Below, piece after piece: positions 48,389-58,397 of a stretch of 64,000 nucleotides of DNA. Every line of letters starts with the position of its first letter. Positions within the stretch are counted from its first letter, which is position 1. The translations under genes were made by a program, and so were the position numbers. The notes beneath the pieces are model-generated. The model did not search any database, was not told the origin of the DNA, and was given only the letters and a program-made list of their open reading frames with translations. The stretch is from Patescibacteria group bacterium (lineage in GTDB: Bacteria; Patescibacteriota; Patescibacteriia; Patescibacteriales; UBA12465), in assembly GCA_050949505.1 (NCBI GenBank), contig JBMNFV010000001.1:94284-158283 (forward strand). The letters are read 5' to 3'.

Positions 48389-48417
48389 AACCTTCCAAGA
48401 TTTTTTGGAGGGTTTTT
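48389..48417 (+). terminator. Terminator after the tRNA-Ile/tRNA-Val pair
   Basis: aaccttccaa-gatttt-ttggagggtt stem followed by a T-run. Confidence 0.65.
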
Positions 48418-48467
48418 ATTTTACAATTTCTCTAAAAATTGGTAAATTATAAGAAAGAATAAAACTT

Positions 48468-48881
48468 ATGATTTTCAATAAAAACAAATCGGACTCTTTA
48501 GTCCAAGCTGACGATGAGTCATCTATTGCTAACTGGCTAGACTATGAAGAAGAATTAGAAGGACAACTAGCTATTGATGTTTATCAAACTGAGAAGAAGA
48601 TTATTATTAAATCCACTATCGCTGGCGTTGATCCGGAAAATCTAAATATCTCCCTACATAATGACCTATTGACTATTAAGGGGCGTCGCACAACTAGTGA
48701 GACTATTCCTCCTCAAGACTATCTTTATCAAGAATGCTATTGGGGCCCTTTTTCTCGGTCAATTATTTTGCCCGTTGAAGTTGATAGCCAGCAAGTGGAG
48801 GCTAGCTTGGAAAATGGTGTCCTGACTGTTTCTTTATTAAAAAGCCTACCTAACAAAATTGAAGTTCAGGTTAAGGAATAA
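48468..48881 (+). CDS. Hsp20/alpha-crystallin family small heat-shock protein
   Basis: The alpha-crystallin domain pattern (LAIDVYQTEKKIIIKSTIAGVDPENLNISLHNDLLTIKG...FSRSIILPVEVDSQQVEASLENGVLTVSL). Confidence 0.85.
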   Translation: MIFNKNKSDSLVQADDESSIANWLDYEEELEGQLAIDVYQTEKKIIIKSTIAGVDPENLNISLHNDLLTIKGRRTTSETIPPQDYLYQECYWGPFSRSIILPVEVDSQQVEASLENGVLTVSLLKSLPNKIEVQVKE

Positions 48882-48895
48882 TAAATTTTAATATC

Positions 48896-50770
48896 ATGAA
48901 AAATCGCCGCCTATTAATCAAGGTAGCTTGGTTGGCTGCCCTGGTTATTTTAATAGTTTCTGGATTTTTGGGACTTTATTTTTTTTGGAAAAACAATTAT
49001 CAAGGCAAATTTTCCCCTGGCCTAACTCTTAATGGCTACCCCTTGTCTCAATTATCTCTTTCTGAGGCCACCACTTTAATAACTAACCAATTAGAAGTTC
49101 TTGATGAGAATGGCCTTGATTTTACCTATAATGGTCGCTTAATTAAAGTCGCCATTACCAGCGCCTCTTTTGACCCCGACCTTTCTTCTCGTTGGTTAAT
49201 CTTTTCTCCTGATACTGACCTAAGGGAAATTTTTGAAAACTCAAAACCTAATAGTTTTTTCCACTTTCTCGCCTCCTACCTAACTCCTGCTAAGCAAAAA
49301 ACTTTTTTTCTTAACTATAGTTTAACTGAAGAAGTTTTGTTTAAAATTATAGACCAAAGTTTCCCTGAGGCTAATACTGCCCCTGAAAGCGCTTATTTTT
49401 ATTACGAAGATTTGTCAGCCGAATTAAAAATAATGCCCGAGAAAATTGGCAAAGAAATAGATCGGGCTGATGTTTTAAAAAAGATCGCTAATAATTTAAA
49501 TAGTTTAAGCACTCAAACAATAGTCATTAAAACAAAGTCTAAATACCCTCAGGCTCGTTATGCTGATTTAGTTGACCTTCAGGACCTGGCTAAAAACCTA
49601 ATTAACCAACAAAACTTAAATTTGCTTTACAAAAAACCTAATGCCAACTTGGCTACTAAAATTTGGAACATTAGTCCTCAAAAATTAATTACTTGGCTAA
49701 CTATTGATCCATCTAGTACTGAAGGAAAGTTGATTTTGAATAAAGAGACTGTTGCTAAGTACCTAGAAGCTAGTATTGCAGCTGAGATTAACTTAGAGGC
49801 TGTGCGACCTCGCTTTGAAATGAAGGGTGATAAAGTTAGCTATTGGCAAAAAGGAGTTAATGGGCAAAAATTAAATATCACTGACTCTGCCAACTTAATT
49901 GCTCTGCAATTTTTAGCAGGCGAAAAAGATATCACCCTAATCATTGATGAAATTTTAAGTGAAGACCCTGAAACTGGGCTAGCTTATAATATTCAGGAAA
50001 TAATTGGAACTGGTCATTCTAATTTTGCTGGCTCATCCCCTAATCGTGTCAAAAATATTGAAATTGGCGCTCAGGCTGTTAACGGCACCCTGTTAGCTCC
50101 TGGGGAAGAGTTTTCCTTAGCTAAAGTCTTAGGGGAGGTTAGTGCTGCTAGCGGTTATTTGCCAGAGCTGGTTATTAAGGGAAACGAAACTGTGCCTGAG
50201 TATGGTGGGGGTCTTTGCCAGGTATCCACCACCCTCTTTCGTTCTGCCTTGCAATCCGGACTACCTATCTCAGAGCGTCGCAATCATTCTTACCGTGTCT
50301 CCTATTACGAGCCGGCCGGCACTGATGCGGCTATCTACATTCCCAATCCTGATCTAAAATTTGTTAATGACACTGACAACTACCTCCTCATTCAAGCCAG
50401 GATTGAGGGGAGTGATATCTATTTTGATTTTTGGGGCAAAAGTGATGGCCGAGAAGTTTTTATCTCTGACCCTGTTATTTACAATATTGTTGCCCCTCCT
50501 CCCTCTAAATATATAGAAACCGATACTTTGTCACCGGGAGCGAAAAAGTGTACTGAGAGTGCTCGCAATGGAGCTGATACCTATTTTGATTATCGTGTTA
50601 CTTACCCTCTAGTCGCTAGCTCTAGTCCCTTAGAGGTTAGATTTAATTCTCATTATGTTCCTTGGCGAGAGGTTTGTTTAGTGGGAAAAGAATTGCCAGA
50701 CCCTGACCTAGATGAGCCCACTGATCTAGATAATACTGAGGAAGAAGTAATTGAAGATATAGTTGATTAA
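48896..50770 (+). CDS. VanW-domain protein with N-terminal membrane anchor
   Basis: The VanW core is GYLPELVIKGNETVPEYGGGLCQVSTTLFRSALQSGLPISERRNHSYRVSYY. An N-terminal TM helix is present. Confidence 0.8.
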   Translation: MKNRRLLIKVAWLAALVILIVSGFLGLYFFWKNNYQGKFSPGLTLNGYPLSQLSLSEATTLITNQLEVLDENGLDFTYNGRLIKVAITSASFDPDLSSRWLIFSPDTDLREIFENSKPNSFFHFLASYLTPAKQKTFFLNYSLTEEVLFKIIDQSFPEANTAPESAYFYYEDLSAELKIMPEKIGKEIDRADVLKKIANNLNSLSTQTIVIKTKSKYPQARYADLVDLQDLAKNLINQQNLNLLYKKPNANLATKIWNISPQKLITWLTIDPSSTEGKLILNKETVAKYLEASIAAEINLEAVRPRFEMKGDKVSYWQKGVNGQKLNITDSANLIALQFLAGEKDITLIIDEILSEDPETGLAYNIQEIIGTGHSNFAGSSPNRVKNIEIGAQAVNGTLLAPGEEFSLAKVLGEVSAASGYLPELVIKGNETVPEYGGGLCQVSTTLFRSALQSGLPISERRNHSYRVSYYEPAGTDAAIYIPNPDLKFVNDTDNYLLIQARIEGSDIYFDFWGKSDGREVFISDPVIYNIVAPPPSKYIETDTLSPGAKKCTESARNGADTYFDYRVTYPLVASSSPLEVRFNSHYVPWREVCLVGKELPDPDLDEPTDLDNTEEEVIEDIVD

Positions 50771-50794
50771 CTTGTTTTAAATAATCCACTTTAG

Positions 50795-50829
50795 AAAAAA
50801 AACATTCAACTCCTGCTGAATGTTTTTTT
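50795..50829. terminator. Bidirectional terminator (VanW gene / yidC)
   Basis: aaaaaaaacattca-actcctgc-tgaatgttttttt hairpin. Confidence 0.7.
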
Positions 50830-50852
50830 AACTTTAAATTCTACTGCAGTTC

Positions 50853-51584
50853 TTAAACTAATTCTCCTTCTATAGTTCCCCCTTTTTTGCCTCCCTTAAA
50901 TATTAATACTTGCTGCAGGGCAGTTAACAGGGTGGTGATAAACCAGTATAAGGTTAGACCGCCTGGGAGAGATACTCCTATAAACACCGTGATAATTGGC
51001 ATAAAATAAACCATTTGTTTATTCATAATTGCTGTCATATTCTCATCCCTAGCTCCCTCAGTTTTCATCACTGGCTTCTTAGTGGACATCATTTTTGCTT
51101 GCCAAAATTGAGCGGCCCCCGCTAAAATTGCTAAATAAACATTAGGTTTACTTAAATCAATTATTCCTAGCGACAAACCATTAACTACCTCTGGTTTATT
51201 GATAAATGAATAAACTAGATCTAACTTGTTGCCCAAACCATCTCTAAACACTCTAAAAACCGCATATAAAAACGGTAGCTGAATTAATAGTGGCAGACAA
51301 GATGATAGCGGGTTAATCTTATTTTCCTTATAAAGTGCCATGGTTGCCTGACTCAAGCCCACCTTATCATCACCATATTGCTTCTTTAGATCATCTAACT
51401 TTGGTTGTAAATCTTGTAATGACTTTTGAGACTTAATTGACTGCTTTCCTAGGGGAAATAGAATGGCTTTAATTAAGACTGTTAAAATAACGATTGCCAA
51501 ACCAATATCTCCTACTAAATTATATAGAAATATTAATAAATTAAGAATTGGTTGGTAAAAAATAACTGTAAATAAATTGCCCAT
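50853..51584 (-). CDS. yidC: Membrane protein insertase YidC (short form)
   Basis: ILTVLIKAILFPL, NPLSSCLPLLIQLPFL and GLTLYWFITTLLT motifs, in the rpmH-rnpA-yidD-yidC context. Confidence 0.9.
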   Translation of the reverse strand: MGNLFTVIFYQPILNLLIFLYNLVGDIGLAIVILTVLIKAILFPLGKQSIKSQKSLQDLQPKLDDLKKQYGDDKVGLSQATMALYKENKINPLSSCLPLLIQLPFLYAVFRVFRDGLGNKLDLVYSFINKPEVVNGLSLGIIDLSKPNVYLAILAGAAQFWQAKMMSTKKPVMKTEGARDENMTAIMNKQMVYFMPIITVFIGVSLPGGLTLYWFITTLLTALQQVLIFKGGKKGGTIEGELV

Positions 51585-51599
51585 AGATTAGATTAATTA

Positions 51600-51875
51600 T
51601 TATTTAAGTGGATCCTCCCCTCCTTTATTCCAAGGATTACAGCGAAGAATTCGCCAAGTGGTTAAGAGTCCTCCTTTTATTAAACCATATTTTTCAATTG
51701 CTTGCACCCCATATTCTGAACAAGTGGGGTTGAATTTACAATAACCATAAGGAAAGGCTCCTTTTAAGAAGCCGTGATCAGGAGAAAGGGTTTTTTGATA
51801 AAATTTAAGCAAAGAAATTACTATCCTTTTAGGAAGATTGGTAATGAAAACTAGAATTGTTTTTGCCATCTGCAT
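51600..51875 (-). CDS. yidD: Membrane protein insertion efficiency factor YidD
   Basis: LLKFYQKTLSP...CKFNPTCSEYGVQAIEKYG...RILRCNPW signature. Confidence 0.9.
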   Translation of the reverse strand: MQMAKTILVFITNLPKRIVISLLKFYQKTLSPDHGFLKGAFPYGYCKFNPTCSEYGVQAIEKYGLIKGGLLTTWRILRCNPWNKGGEDPLK

Positions 51876-51891
51876 ATTTATCAGAAACTAA

Positions 51892-52233
51892 TTACTGATA
51901 TAAATCTAGTTTTTTAAACACCATTTGCACTTCTTTGGCTAGCTGATTAAAGTCTGCTTTAGTAATGGTTGGTAAGGTAATTATAACTAAATCTTTAGAT
52001 TTTTTTAAGAGTGGTAATTCTTGTCTAATAATTTCCCTTAACTGTCTCTTTATTTTATTACGAACTACCGCTAATTTACTAACTTTTAGTCCTACTAAGA
52101 TTCCCACTCTAGTTTCTGGGAAATTACCATCTACCACCTTAGCTCCTAAAACCTGCCCATAAAAAGATTGGCCAGTTTTAAAAATCTGGTCAAACTCTTT
52201 ATTTAACAATATTCTGTTTTTTTTCGCTAACAT
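51892..52233 (-). CDS. rnpA: Ribonuclease P protein component
   Basis: 113 aa, basic, with a KLAVVRNKIKRQLRE (RNR-like) motif; located between rpmH and yidD. Confidence 0.85.
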   Translation of the reverse strand: MLAKKNRILLNKEFDQIFKTGQSFYGQVLGAKVVDGNFPETRVGILVGLKVSKLAVVRNKIKRQLREIIRQELPLLKKSKDLVIITLPTITKADFNQLAKEVQMVFKKLDLYQ

Positions 52234-52242
52234 ATTAACTAA

Positions 52243-52380
52243 TTACTTAGTTAACACTTTTCTTCCCTTATCTCTTCGTCTTTTTATAGTGGCTCGTCCT
52301 GCTAAAGTGGACATTCTTTTAAAGAAGCCATGTTTTCGACTCGCTCGACGCTCGTTTGGCTGAAAGGTTCTTTTTGGCAT
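52243..52380 (-). CDS. rpmH: 50S ribosomal protein L34
   Basis: Hand-translated from the minus strand as [45 protein letters not shown]. It is below the ORF-track size cutoff. Confidence 0.9.
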   Translation of the reverse strand: MPKRTFQPNERRASRKHGFFKRMSTLAGRATIKRRRDKGRKVLTK

Positions 52381-52600
52381 AAAATAAAAATTAACTTCAT
52401 TTATTTAAAAAGGTTATCATTAATATTCCCTAAAGTCAATTTTTCTTTTTTAATTATTTTTAACTTATCCACTTTTTATTAACATGTTTTTAACATTCGC
52501 CTGCCTTGTTAATAAACTCGTTATCTAATATAATTAACTTGCTATAAATTTTGAAAAAGATTTTTTTATTTTTAGTTTAATTATCTAAGTTTCTGAGCCT
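52381..52600. promoter_or_regulatory. rpmH-dnaA intergenic region: candidate oriC part / dnaA promoter with DnaA-box-like sites
   Basis: AT-rich. ttatccact at 52465-52473 is 8/9 to TTATCCACA, and weaker ttatc-core sites lie near 52414, 52521 and 52571. Confidence 0.5.
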
Positions 52601-53992
52601 ATGAACAACGAACAAGTTTGGCAAGCTGTCTTAGGTGAAATTGAGCTTAACTTATCTAGAGCTAATTTTATTACCTGGTTCAAAGATACCTTCATTTCCT
52701 CCTTCTCTCCGCAGCAAGTGGAAATTTGTGTGCCTAATGCTTTTGTTAAAAAATGGCTAGAAGAAAAATATCATAAAAGCATTTTAAGTGCTTTAGAGAA
52801 TGTTAGTCAACAAAAAATAAAAGAAATTGTTTATAAAATAGAATTAAGGAAAGACGGGGGAACTGTTTTTAAAATTAATAAACCCACCCCTCTAGCCCCT
52901 GAGCCTGAACAATCTCCCACTTCTTCAACTACTAGTTATTCAACTGACTCTAATATTGGGAGTAAGTACGGACTTAATCCTCGTTATTTATTTGAAAACT
53001 TTATTGTAGGTAAGGGTAATGAATTAGCTAACGCTGCCTGCTTGGCTGTTGCTAATAATTTAGGTAAAGCCTATAACCCCCTATTTATTTACGGAGGAGT
53101 TGGTTTAGGGAAAACCCACCTACTTCAAGCTATTGGTAACCGCGTAGCAAAGACAAATAGTAAAATTCTTTATACCACTAGTGAGAAATTCACTAATAAT
53201 TATATTCAAGCGGTAACTACTGGAAAGGCTAAAGAGTTTAAAAATCTTTATCGCAATGTTGATTTATTGTTAATTGATGACATTCAGTTTATGGGCGGTA
53301 AAGATGGAACTCAAGAAGAGTTTTTTCACACCTTCAATGAACTTCTTCAAAATGATAAACAAATTGTCTTAACCTCCGATCGAGCTCCTAAGTCTATCCC
53401 CGCTATTGAAAAGCGCCTTGTTTCTCGTTTTGAAGCGGGCATGGTGGCTGATATTGGTAAGCCGGATGTAGAAACTAAAATTGCTATCTTAGAGCGTAAG
53501 GCGGCAGAAAAGAATTTTGAACTTGACCGTGAGTTATTATTATACATCGCTGAGCATGTTCAAAATAATATTAGAGAATTAGAAGGAGCTTTAATTAAAA
53601 TAATTGCCTTCCATCAATTTAAAGGCCTCACTCCTAGTTTAAAAACTATTAAAGATGTTTTAGGTGATTACATTTCCACTATTCAAACTAAATCACTCTC
53701 TCCTCGGGAAATAATTGAAGTGGTAGCTAAGTTTTATAATTTAAGTACTAAAGACCTACTCAGTCCTAGTCGTAAAAAGGAATTAGTTGGACCACGGCAA
53801 GTCGCTATTTATTTAATTAGAGAAGAATTAAACTCCTCTTATCCAAATATTGGACAAGAAATGGGAGGCCGAGATCACACTACTGCTATGCATGCTTATA
53901 ATAAAATATCTCAAGAGATTAATGAAAAAAATAATGAAAAATTAAAGCAAGACCTAGAATCTATCCGCCAATTATTTAATAAACCTTATTAA
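52601..53992 (+). CDS. dnaA: Chromosomal replication initiator DnaA
   Basis: N-terminal WQAVLGEIELNLSRANFITWF, AAA+ GGVGLGKTHLLQAIGN, DDIQF, and a C-terminal DNA-binding domain (RQVAIYLIREEL..SYPNIGQEMGGRDHTTAMHAY). Confidence 0.95.
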   Translation: MNNEQVWQAVLGEIELNLSRANFITWFKDTFISSFSPQQVEICVPNAFVKKWLEEKYHKSILSALENVSQQKIKEIVYKIELRKDGGTVFKINKPTPLAPEPEQSPTSSTTSYSTDSNIGSKYGLNPRYLFENFIVGKGNELANAACLAVANNLGKAYNPLFIYGGVGLGKTHLLQAIGNRVAKTNSKILYTTSEKFTNNYIQAVTTGKAKEFKNLYRNVDLLLIDDIQFMGGKDGTQEEFFHTFNELLQNDKQIVLTSDRAPKSIPAIEKRLVSRFEAGMVADIGKPDVETKIAILERKAAEKNFELDRELLLYIAEHVQNNIRELEGALIKIIAFHQFKGLTPSLKTIKDVLGDYISTIQTKSLSPREIIEVVAKFYNLSTKDLLSPSRKKELVGPRQVAIYLIREELNSSYPNIGQEMGGRDHTTAMHAYNKISQEINEKNNEKLKQDLESIRQLFNKPY

Positions 53993-54244
53993 TTTACTGT
54001 TGGTAAGTTGTTAATTATCCTTTAGTAACTTGTTAATAAAATTTAATGAATTGTGAATAAGTACTTAGAGATTTAATTTATTAACAAATTATTAAATTTT
54101 ATCCCCGAATAGTTAAAGGACTTATAAACAACTAATTATTCAAATTACTTAAGGAATTTAAACAAATTTACAATTTTATTAACTTATCCCCTCCCTTATT
54201 ATTGTTATTATAAATTATTTAATTATTTAATATATAATACTAAT
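53993..54244. promoter_or_regulatory. dnaA-dnaN intergenic region: candidate oriC with DnaA boxes and an AT-rich unwinding tract
   Basis: tgtgaataa at 54052-54060 is the reverse complement of TTATTCACA. TTATCC-core boxes lie at 54015, 54099 and 54184. An almost pure A/T tract spans 54197-54244. Confidence 0.55.
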
Positions 54245-55360
54245 ATGCGCTTTACTAGTTTACAAGAAAATTTAAAAAAAGGTTTAAACATTGTTGGACA
54301 TATTAACTCTAAGAATATTAATTTACCAATTTTAAATAATATTTTAATTAATACAAAGAAAACAATAATTGAATTTACTAGTACTAATTTAGAGATAGGA
54401 ATAAAACATCAAGTACGAGGTAAGGTTGAACAAGATGGTGAGTTTACAGTTGATGCTAGATTAATTAATGAATATATTAGTTTACTAGAAAGTGGTAAGA
54501 AGGTGGAGGTAGAGTTGAAGGATGAGGAACTAGGAATTAAGTGTGATAATTATAAAACCAAAATTAAGGGTGAGTCAGCTAAAGAGTACCCCCTTATTCC
54601 CACTATTTCCAAGGAGTCATATTTTTCTTGTAATTTATCAAACTTTAAAGAATCTTTAGCTAAGGTAATTTTTGCGGTTTCTAATAATGAAAATAGAACT
54701 GAATTAACTGGAGTGTTGTTTTATTTTTTAGACGGTAAATTATTTTTAGTCGCCACTGATAGCTACCGGTTAGCAGAGAAAGAGTTGGTGGTAGAGGGGG
54801 TTAATACAAAAGAAGAGGAGCAGAAGGTTATCGTCCCCGCTAAAACAATTCAGGAACTATTAAGGATCTTGAATAATTTTGAAGAGGGGGAAAGTGAGAT
54901 AAAAATATATTTATCAGAGAATCAGATATTATTTTCCTTTGACTCAGTGGAGATGATTTCACGAACAATTAATGGCCATTACCCTGATTATAAGCAAATT
55001 ATTCCTAGTAGTAGTCAAACAGAGGTGTTAGTTGATCGTGATGAGTTAATTAGGGCAGTTAAGGCAGTGGCTTTGTTTTCTAAAACAGGAATTAATGACA
55101 TTACTTTAACTTTTACTAAAAATAAATTAACTATCTCTTCTTTCTCAGGGGCTAGTGGTGAGAGTCAGGTAGAGTTAGATTGCAATTTACAAGGAGAAGT
55201 TAATGACCTAACTATTAATTATCGGTATCTATTAGATGGTTTAAATAATATTAATGGAGAAATGATAAAGATAAAGATTCTAAATAATACAACTCCTTGT
55301 TTATTAAAACCAGAAGATAGAGATGATTATTTATATATTGTTATGCCAATTAAACAATAA
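54245..55360 (+). CDS. dnaN: DNA polymerase III beta subunit (sliding clamp)
   Basis: 371 aa in a three-domain clamp pattern (LVATDSYRLAEKE, INGHYPDYKQIIP, YLYIVMPI), directly after dnaA. Confidence 0.9.
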   Translation: MRFTSLQENLKKGLNIVGHINSKNINLPILNNILINTKKTIIEFTSTNLEIGIKHQVRGKVEQDGEFTVDARLINEYISLLESGKKVEVELKDEELGIKCDNYKTKIKGESAKEYPLIPTISKESYFSCNLSNFKESLAKVIFAVSNNENRTELTGVLFYFLDGKLFLVATDSYRLAEKELVVEGVNTKEEEQKVIVPAKTIQELLRILNNFEEGESEIKIYLSENQILFSFDSVEMISRTINGHYPDYKQIIPSSSQTEVLVDRDELIRAVKAVALFSKTGINDITLTFTKNKLTISSFSGASGESQVELDCNLQGEVNDLTINYRYLLDGLNNINGEMIKIKILNNTTPCLLKPEDRDDYLYIVMPIKQ

Positions 55361-55390
55361 TTAGGAGATAGATAAATATTTTTATCAATA

Positions 55391-55423
55391 AAAAAAGACT
55401 AGTTGTAATTAACTGGTCTTTTT
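55391..55423. terminator. Bidirectional terminator (dnaN / PBP gene)
   Basis: aaaaaaagactagtt-gtaatt-aactggtcttttt hairpin. Confidence 0.65.
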
Positions 55424-55438
55424 AAATAATAGAGAAAA

Positions 55439-58327
55439 TTAATTTAAAACAGCACTAATCTCAGGACTAAGCACTGATTTATTATTCCAATTAACTAACT
55501 CGCCATATAGGTAATAAATACCGGGGTGATTAGGATTGTTCCAAGTTAAGCTAGTTTGATTACTTAAATTATCAGTGCTAGCTAATAATTTCTCCTCACC
55601 CTCACTATCTCGTTGGTATAGTCGTAGTTGCGCCGAGGCTTGAGGGTCACTAAGATTAAAGGTGATGGTTAGGGGGAAGTCATAGTTATTTATTGATACC
55701 CCCGAACCAGGTTGAATGATAGTTAGGTTTCCTTGAGTGAGACTAGGAGAGTCATTGTTGGTGCTTAAGTTAAAATTAACTGACTCACTTTGACAGTTAT
55801 TAATATCATCACAAACTCTCACTTTTAAATTATGATAACCACTGGTTAATAAGGGGAGGGTAAGTTGGGCACTAGAAAAGTTCTTAGTGTTAGTAGTTAA
55901 GAGAAGGTTGTTTAGATAGTAATCAACTTTAGCTATTTTTCGTTTAGCTTCAATGGTTAAATTAACATCTATTAGGCTATCACTTATTACCGCATTTTCC
56001 TGTGGAGAAATAATAGTTAATTTAGGCCTATTTTCCTCTCTTCGTTCAGGGTCATAGTCATCAGGAAGGATAATATCAGAGGAACTAGCATTTTTAGTTG
56101 CCCAAGTTTTTATTGCTTTTTCCCAAATAACAAACTGAGGGTCAGCTTCTGGTTTTTTAGGAATATCACCTCGAGGCTTATCTTTATCTACATAAAAAAG
56201 AATAGAGTGATGTTGGGGAAGGGAAATTTCTTCAATTAACTCTAAGGGAGTTTCGTCATCAGCTAGAGTATTGGTATCTTTATTAATACTAACTAAAATA
56301 CTTTCCAGTTCTCCATCTAAAATTGGTTTTCCAGTAGTGTAGTCATCAGGGTCCTTAAAGTATTCAACCGGAGTATCTCCTAAAATTTTATTCATATACT
56401 CCTGCCAAATAGGGGCAGCGAGAACACTACCATCAGCCCGACCGGTCATAGCGTCATTGTTACTATTTCCTACCCAAACTCCAGTAACCAAAGAAGGAGT
56501 GTAGCCCACTGTCCAAGCATCATGGAAATCATTAGTGGTTCCAGTCTTTACCGCAGCTGGACGATTGTTAAGAGTTAGATAATTACGGCTACCAAAGATA
56601 AAGGAACGAGCTTCAGTGTCACTTAAAATATTGTTAATCATTCGGGCAACCTGAGAGTCTAAAACCTTTTTTTCAGTTGGCTTATTTTCCTCTAAAACTC
56701 TACCGTTTCCATCTTCAACTCGTAAAATGCTAATTAAAGAGCTAACTTTTCCATCGCGAGCAAAAGCACTAAAAGCATTAACATGCTCAATCATTCTCAC
56801 TTCACCGCCTCCAAGAACTAAGGATAGTCCAAAATTATCACGAGATTGAAAAGAAGAGTATCCTAACTGGTCAGCTAAGTCTAAGACATTATTAATCCCC
56901 ACTAAATAAATAGCTTTTACCGCGGGGATATTAAGTGAGCCAGCTAAAGCCTGGCGAATACTCACTGGGCCATGTTCTTGACCATCATAATTTCTAGGAG
57001 TGTAGGGGTCGGCGGGGTTAGTAGAAAAATTAGTAATAACATCATATAAAATAGTGTTGGGGGTATAGCCTTTTTCAAAAAGAGCAGCATAAACAATAGG
57101 TTTCATTGAGGAGCCGGGTTGTCTCAGTCTAGTAGTAACGTTCACTTGCCCATCAATCTCATCATTAAAGTAATCTCGGGAACCAACCATTGCTAAAATT
57201 TCTCCAGTTTTAGGATCAATGGAAACCAGGGCAGCGTTATGAGCGTTATATTTTTCTGGATAATCCTCCGTCTTTTCTTTTATTACCTCCTCAGCAATAT
57301 TTTGCTTGTATAGGTCTAAAGTGGTGTAAATATTCAAACCTCCTTGTTCAATCATTTTTTCTCCATATTTTTCTGAGAGAATACTTTTAATATACATCAC
57401 AAAATGCGGGGCAGTCATATCATTATCTCGTCCCTTGAAAACTATTTCCTCCGCCTTAGCCTGCTCGCTTTCTTCCTTGCTAATAAAGCCCTGCTCAACC
57501 ATTATGCTCAGAATATAATCCTTTCTCCCTAGTAGGATATCTTTATTAGGTCCATAAGGAGAGTAGCGACTAGGAGATTGAGGGAGAGCAGCTAGAGTGG
57601 CGGCTTCTGCTAAGGTTAAGTCTTTGCTATTTTTGCCAAAATATTTTCGACTAGCAGCCTCTACTCCATAAGCATTAGAGCCATAAGGAATTTCATTTAA
57701 ATACATTTGCAAAATATCGTCTTTAGAGAATTTCTGTTCTAAACGATAGGCGAGAATTAGTTCCTTTAATTTACGGCTAAGTTTTTTTTCATTAGTTAAG
57801 ACCGCATTTTTAATAAACTGCTGGGTTAGAGTTGAGCCACCAGCACTACGACGATAAATAACATTGGTTACTAAGGTTCTAAACATTGCCCAAACACTAA
57901 AGCCGCGATGTTTGTAAAAAGTTTTATCCTCAATAGCGATGGTGGCGTTTTTTACATAGTCAGGCAGGTCAGCTAGTTCAATTAAGGTCCGTCGCTCTTC
58001 CCCACTAATTTCATAAATAATATTTTCTCCCGTTCGGTCGTAAATTTTAGTACTTTGAGCCACCTCTCTGTCCATTAACTGATTAGGATTAGGTAGTCCG
58101 CGGGAAAACCAAAAAATAGTGAGAGTAACTACAATTATGAACAATAGGGCTAAAATAAGGCCAACCTTAAAAATGAGTGGCCACCAAGATCGCTTAGGTT
58201 TTTTTGCCCCGGAGCGCCAACTATTTTTTACCGGTTTTCTTTTTTTGGGGCTAGATTTCTTTTTAGGAGAATGCTGACTTTCTTTCCAAGTTGAATAAGC
58301 ACGTTTTTGTAATTGAGGAATTGGCAT
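55439..58327 (-). CDS. Class A penicillin-binding protein (transglycosylase + transpeptidase) with a long C-terminal extension
   Basis: GT51 motifs (AIEDKTFYKHRGF, GGSTLTQQ). Transpeptidase motifs SSMKP (SxxK), SLN and KTGTT. N-terminal basic tail plus TM helix. The C-terminal extension is about 290 aa and beta-rich. Confidence 0.9.
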   Translation of the reverse strand: MPIPQLQKRAYSTWKESQHSPKKKSSPKKRKPVKNSWRSGAKKPKRSWWPLIFKVGLILALLFIIVVTLTIFWFSRGLPNPNQLMDREVAQSTKIYDRTGENIIYEISGEERRTLIELADLPDYVKNATIAIEDKTFYKHRGFSVWAMFRTLVTNVIYRRSAGGSTLTQQFIKNAVLTNEKKLSRKLKELILAYRLEQKFSKDDILQMYLNEIPYGSNAYGVEAASRKYFGKNSKDLTLAEAATLAALPQSPSRYSPYGPNKDILLGRKDYILSIMVEQGFISKEESEQAKAEEIVFKGRDNDMTAPHFVMYIKSILSEKYGEKMIEQGGLNIYTTLDLYKQNIAEEVIKEKTEDYPEKYNAHNAALVSIDPKTGEILAMVGSRDYFNDEIDGQVNVTTRLRQPGSSMKPIVYAALFEKGYTPNTILYDVITNFSTNPADPYTPRNYDGQEHGPVSIRQALAGSLNIPAVKAIYLVGINNVLDLADQLGYSSFQSRDNFGLSLVLGGGEVRMIEHVNAFSAFARDGKVSSLISILRVEDGNGRVLEENKPTEKKVLDSQVARMINNILSDTEARSFIFGSRNYLTLNNRPAAVKTGTTNDFHDAWTVGYTPSLVTGVWVGNSNNDAMTGRADGSVLAAPIWQEYMNKILGDTPVEYFKDPDDYTTGKPILDGELESILVSINKDTNTLADDETPLELIEEISLPQHHSILFYVDKDKPRGDIPKKPEADPQFVIWEKAIKTWATKNASSSDIILPDDYDPERREENRPKLTIISPQENAVISDSLIDVNLTIEAKRKIAKVDYYLNNLLLTTNTKNFSSAQLTLPLLTSGYHNLKVRVCDDINNCQSESVNFNLSTNNDSPSLTQGNLTIIQPGSGVSINNYDFPLTITFNLSDPQASAQLRLYQRDSEGEEKLLASTDNLSNQTSLTWNNPNHPGIYYLYGELVNWNNKSVLSPEISAVLN

Positions 58328-58397
58328 AAAATTGATAATTAAGATAAACTTATTATAACAGAAAATTAGTGATTTATATAGGCTAATTAACTAAAGT

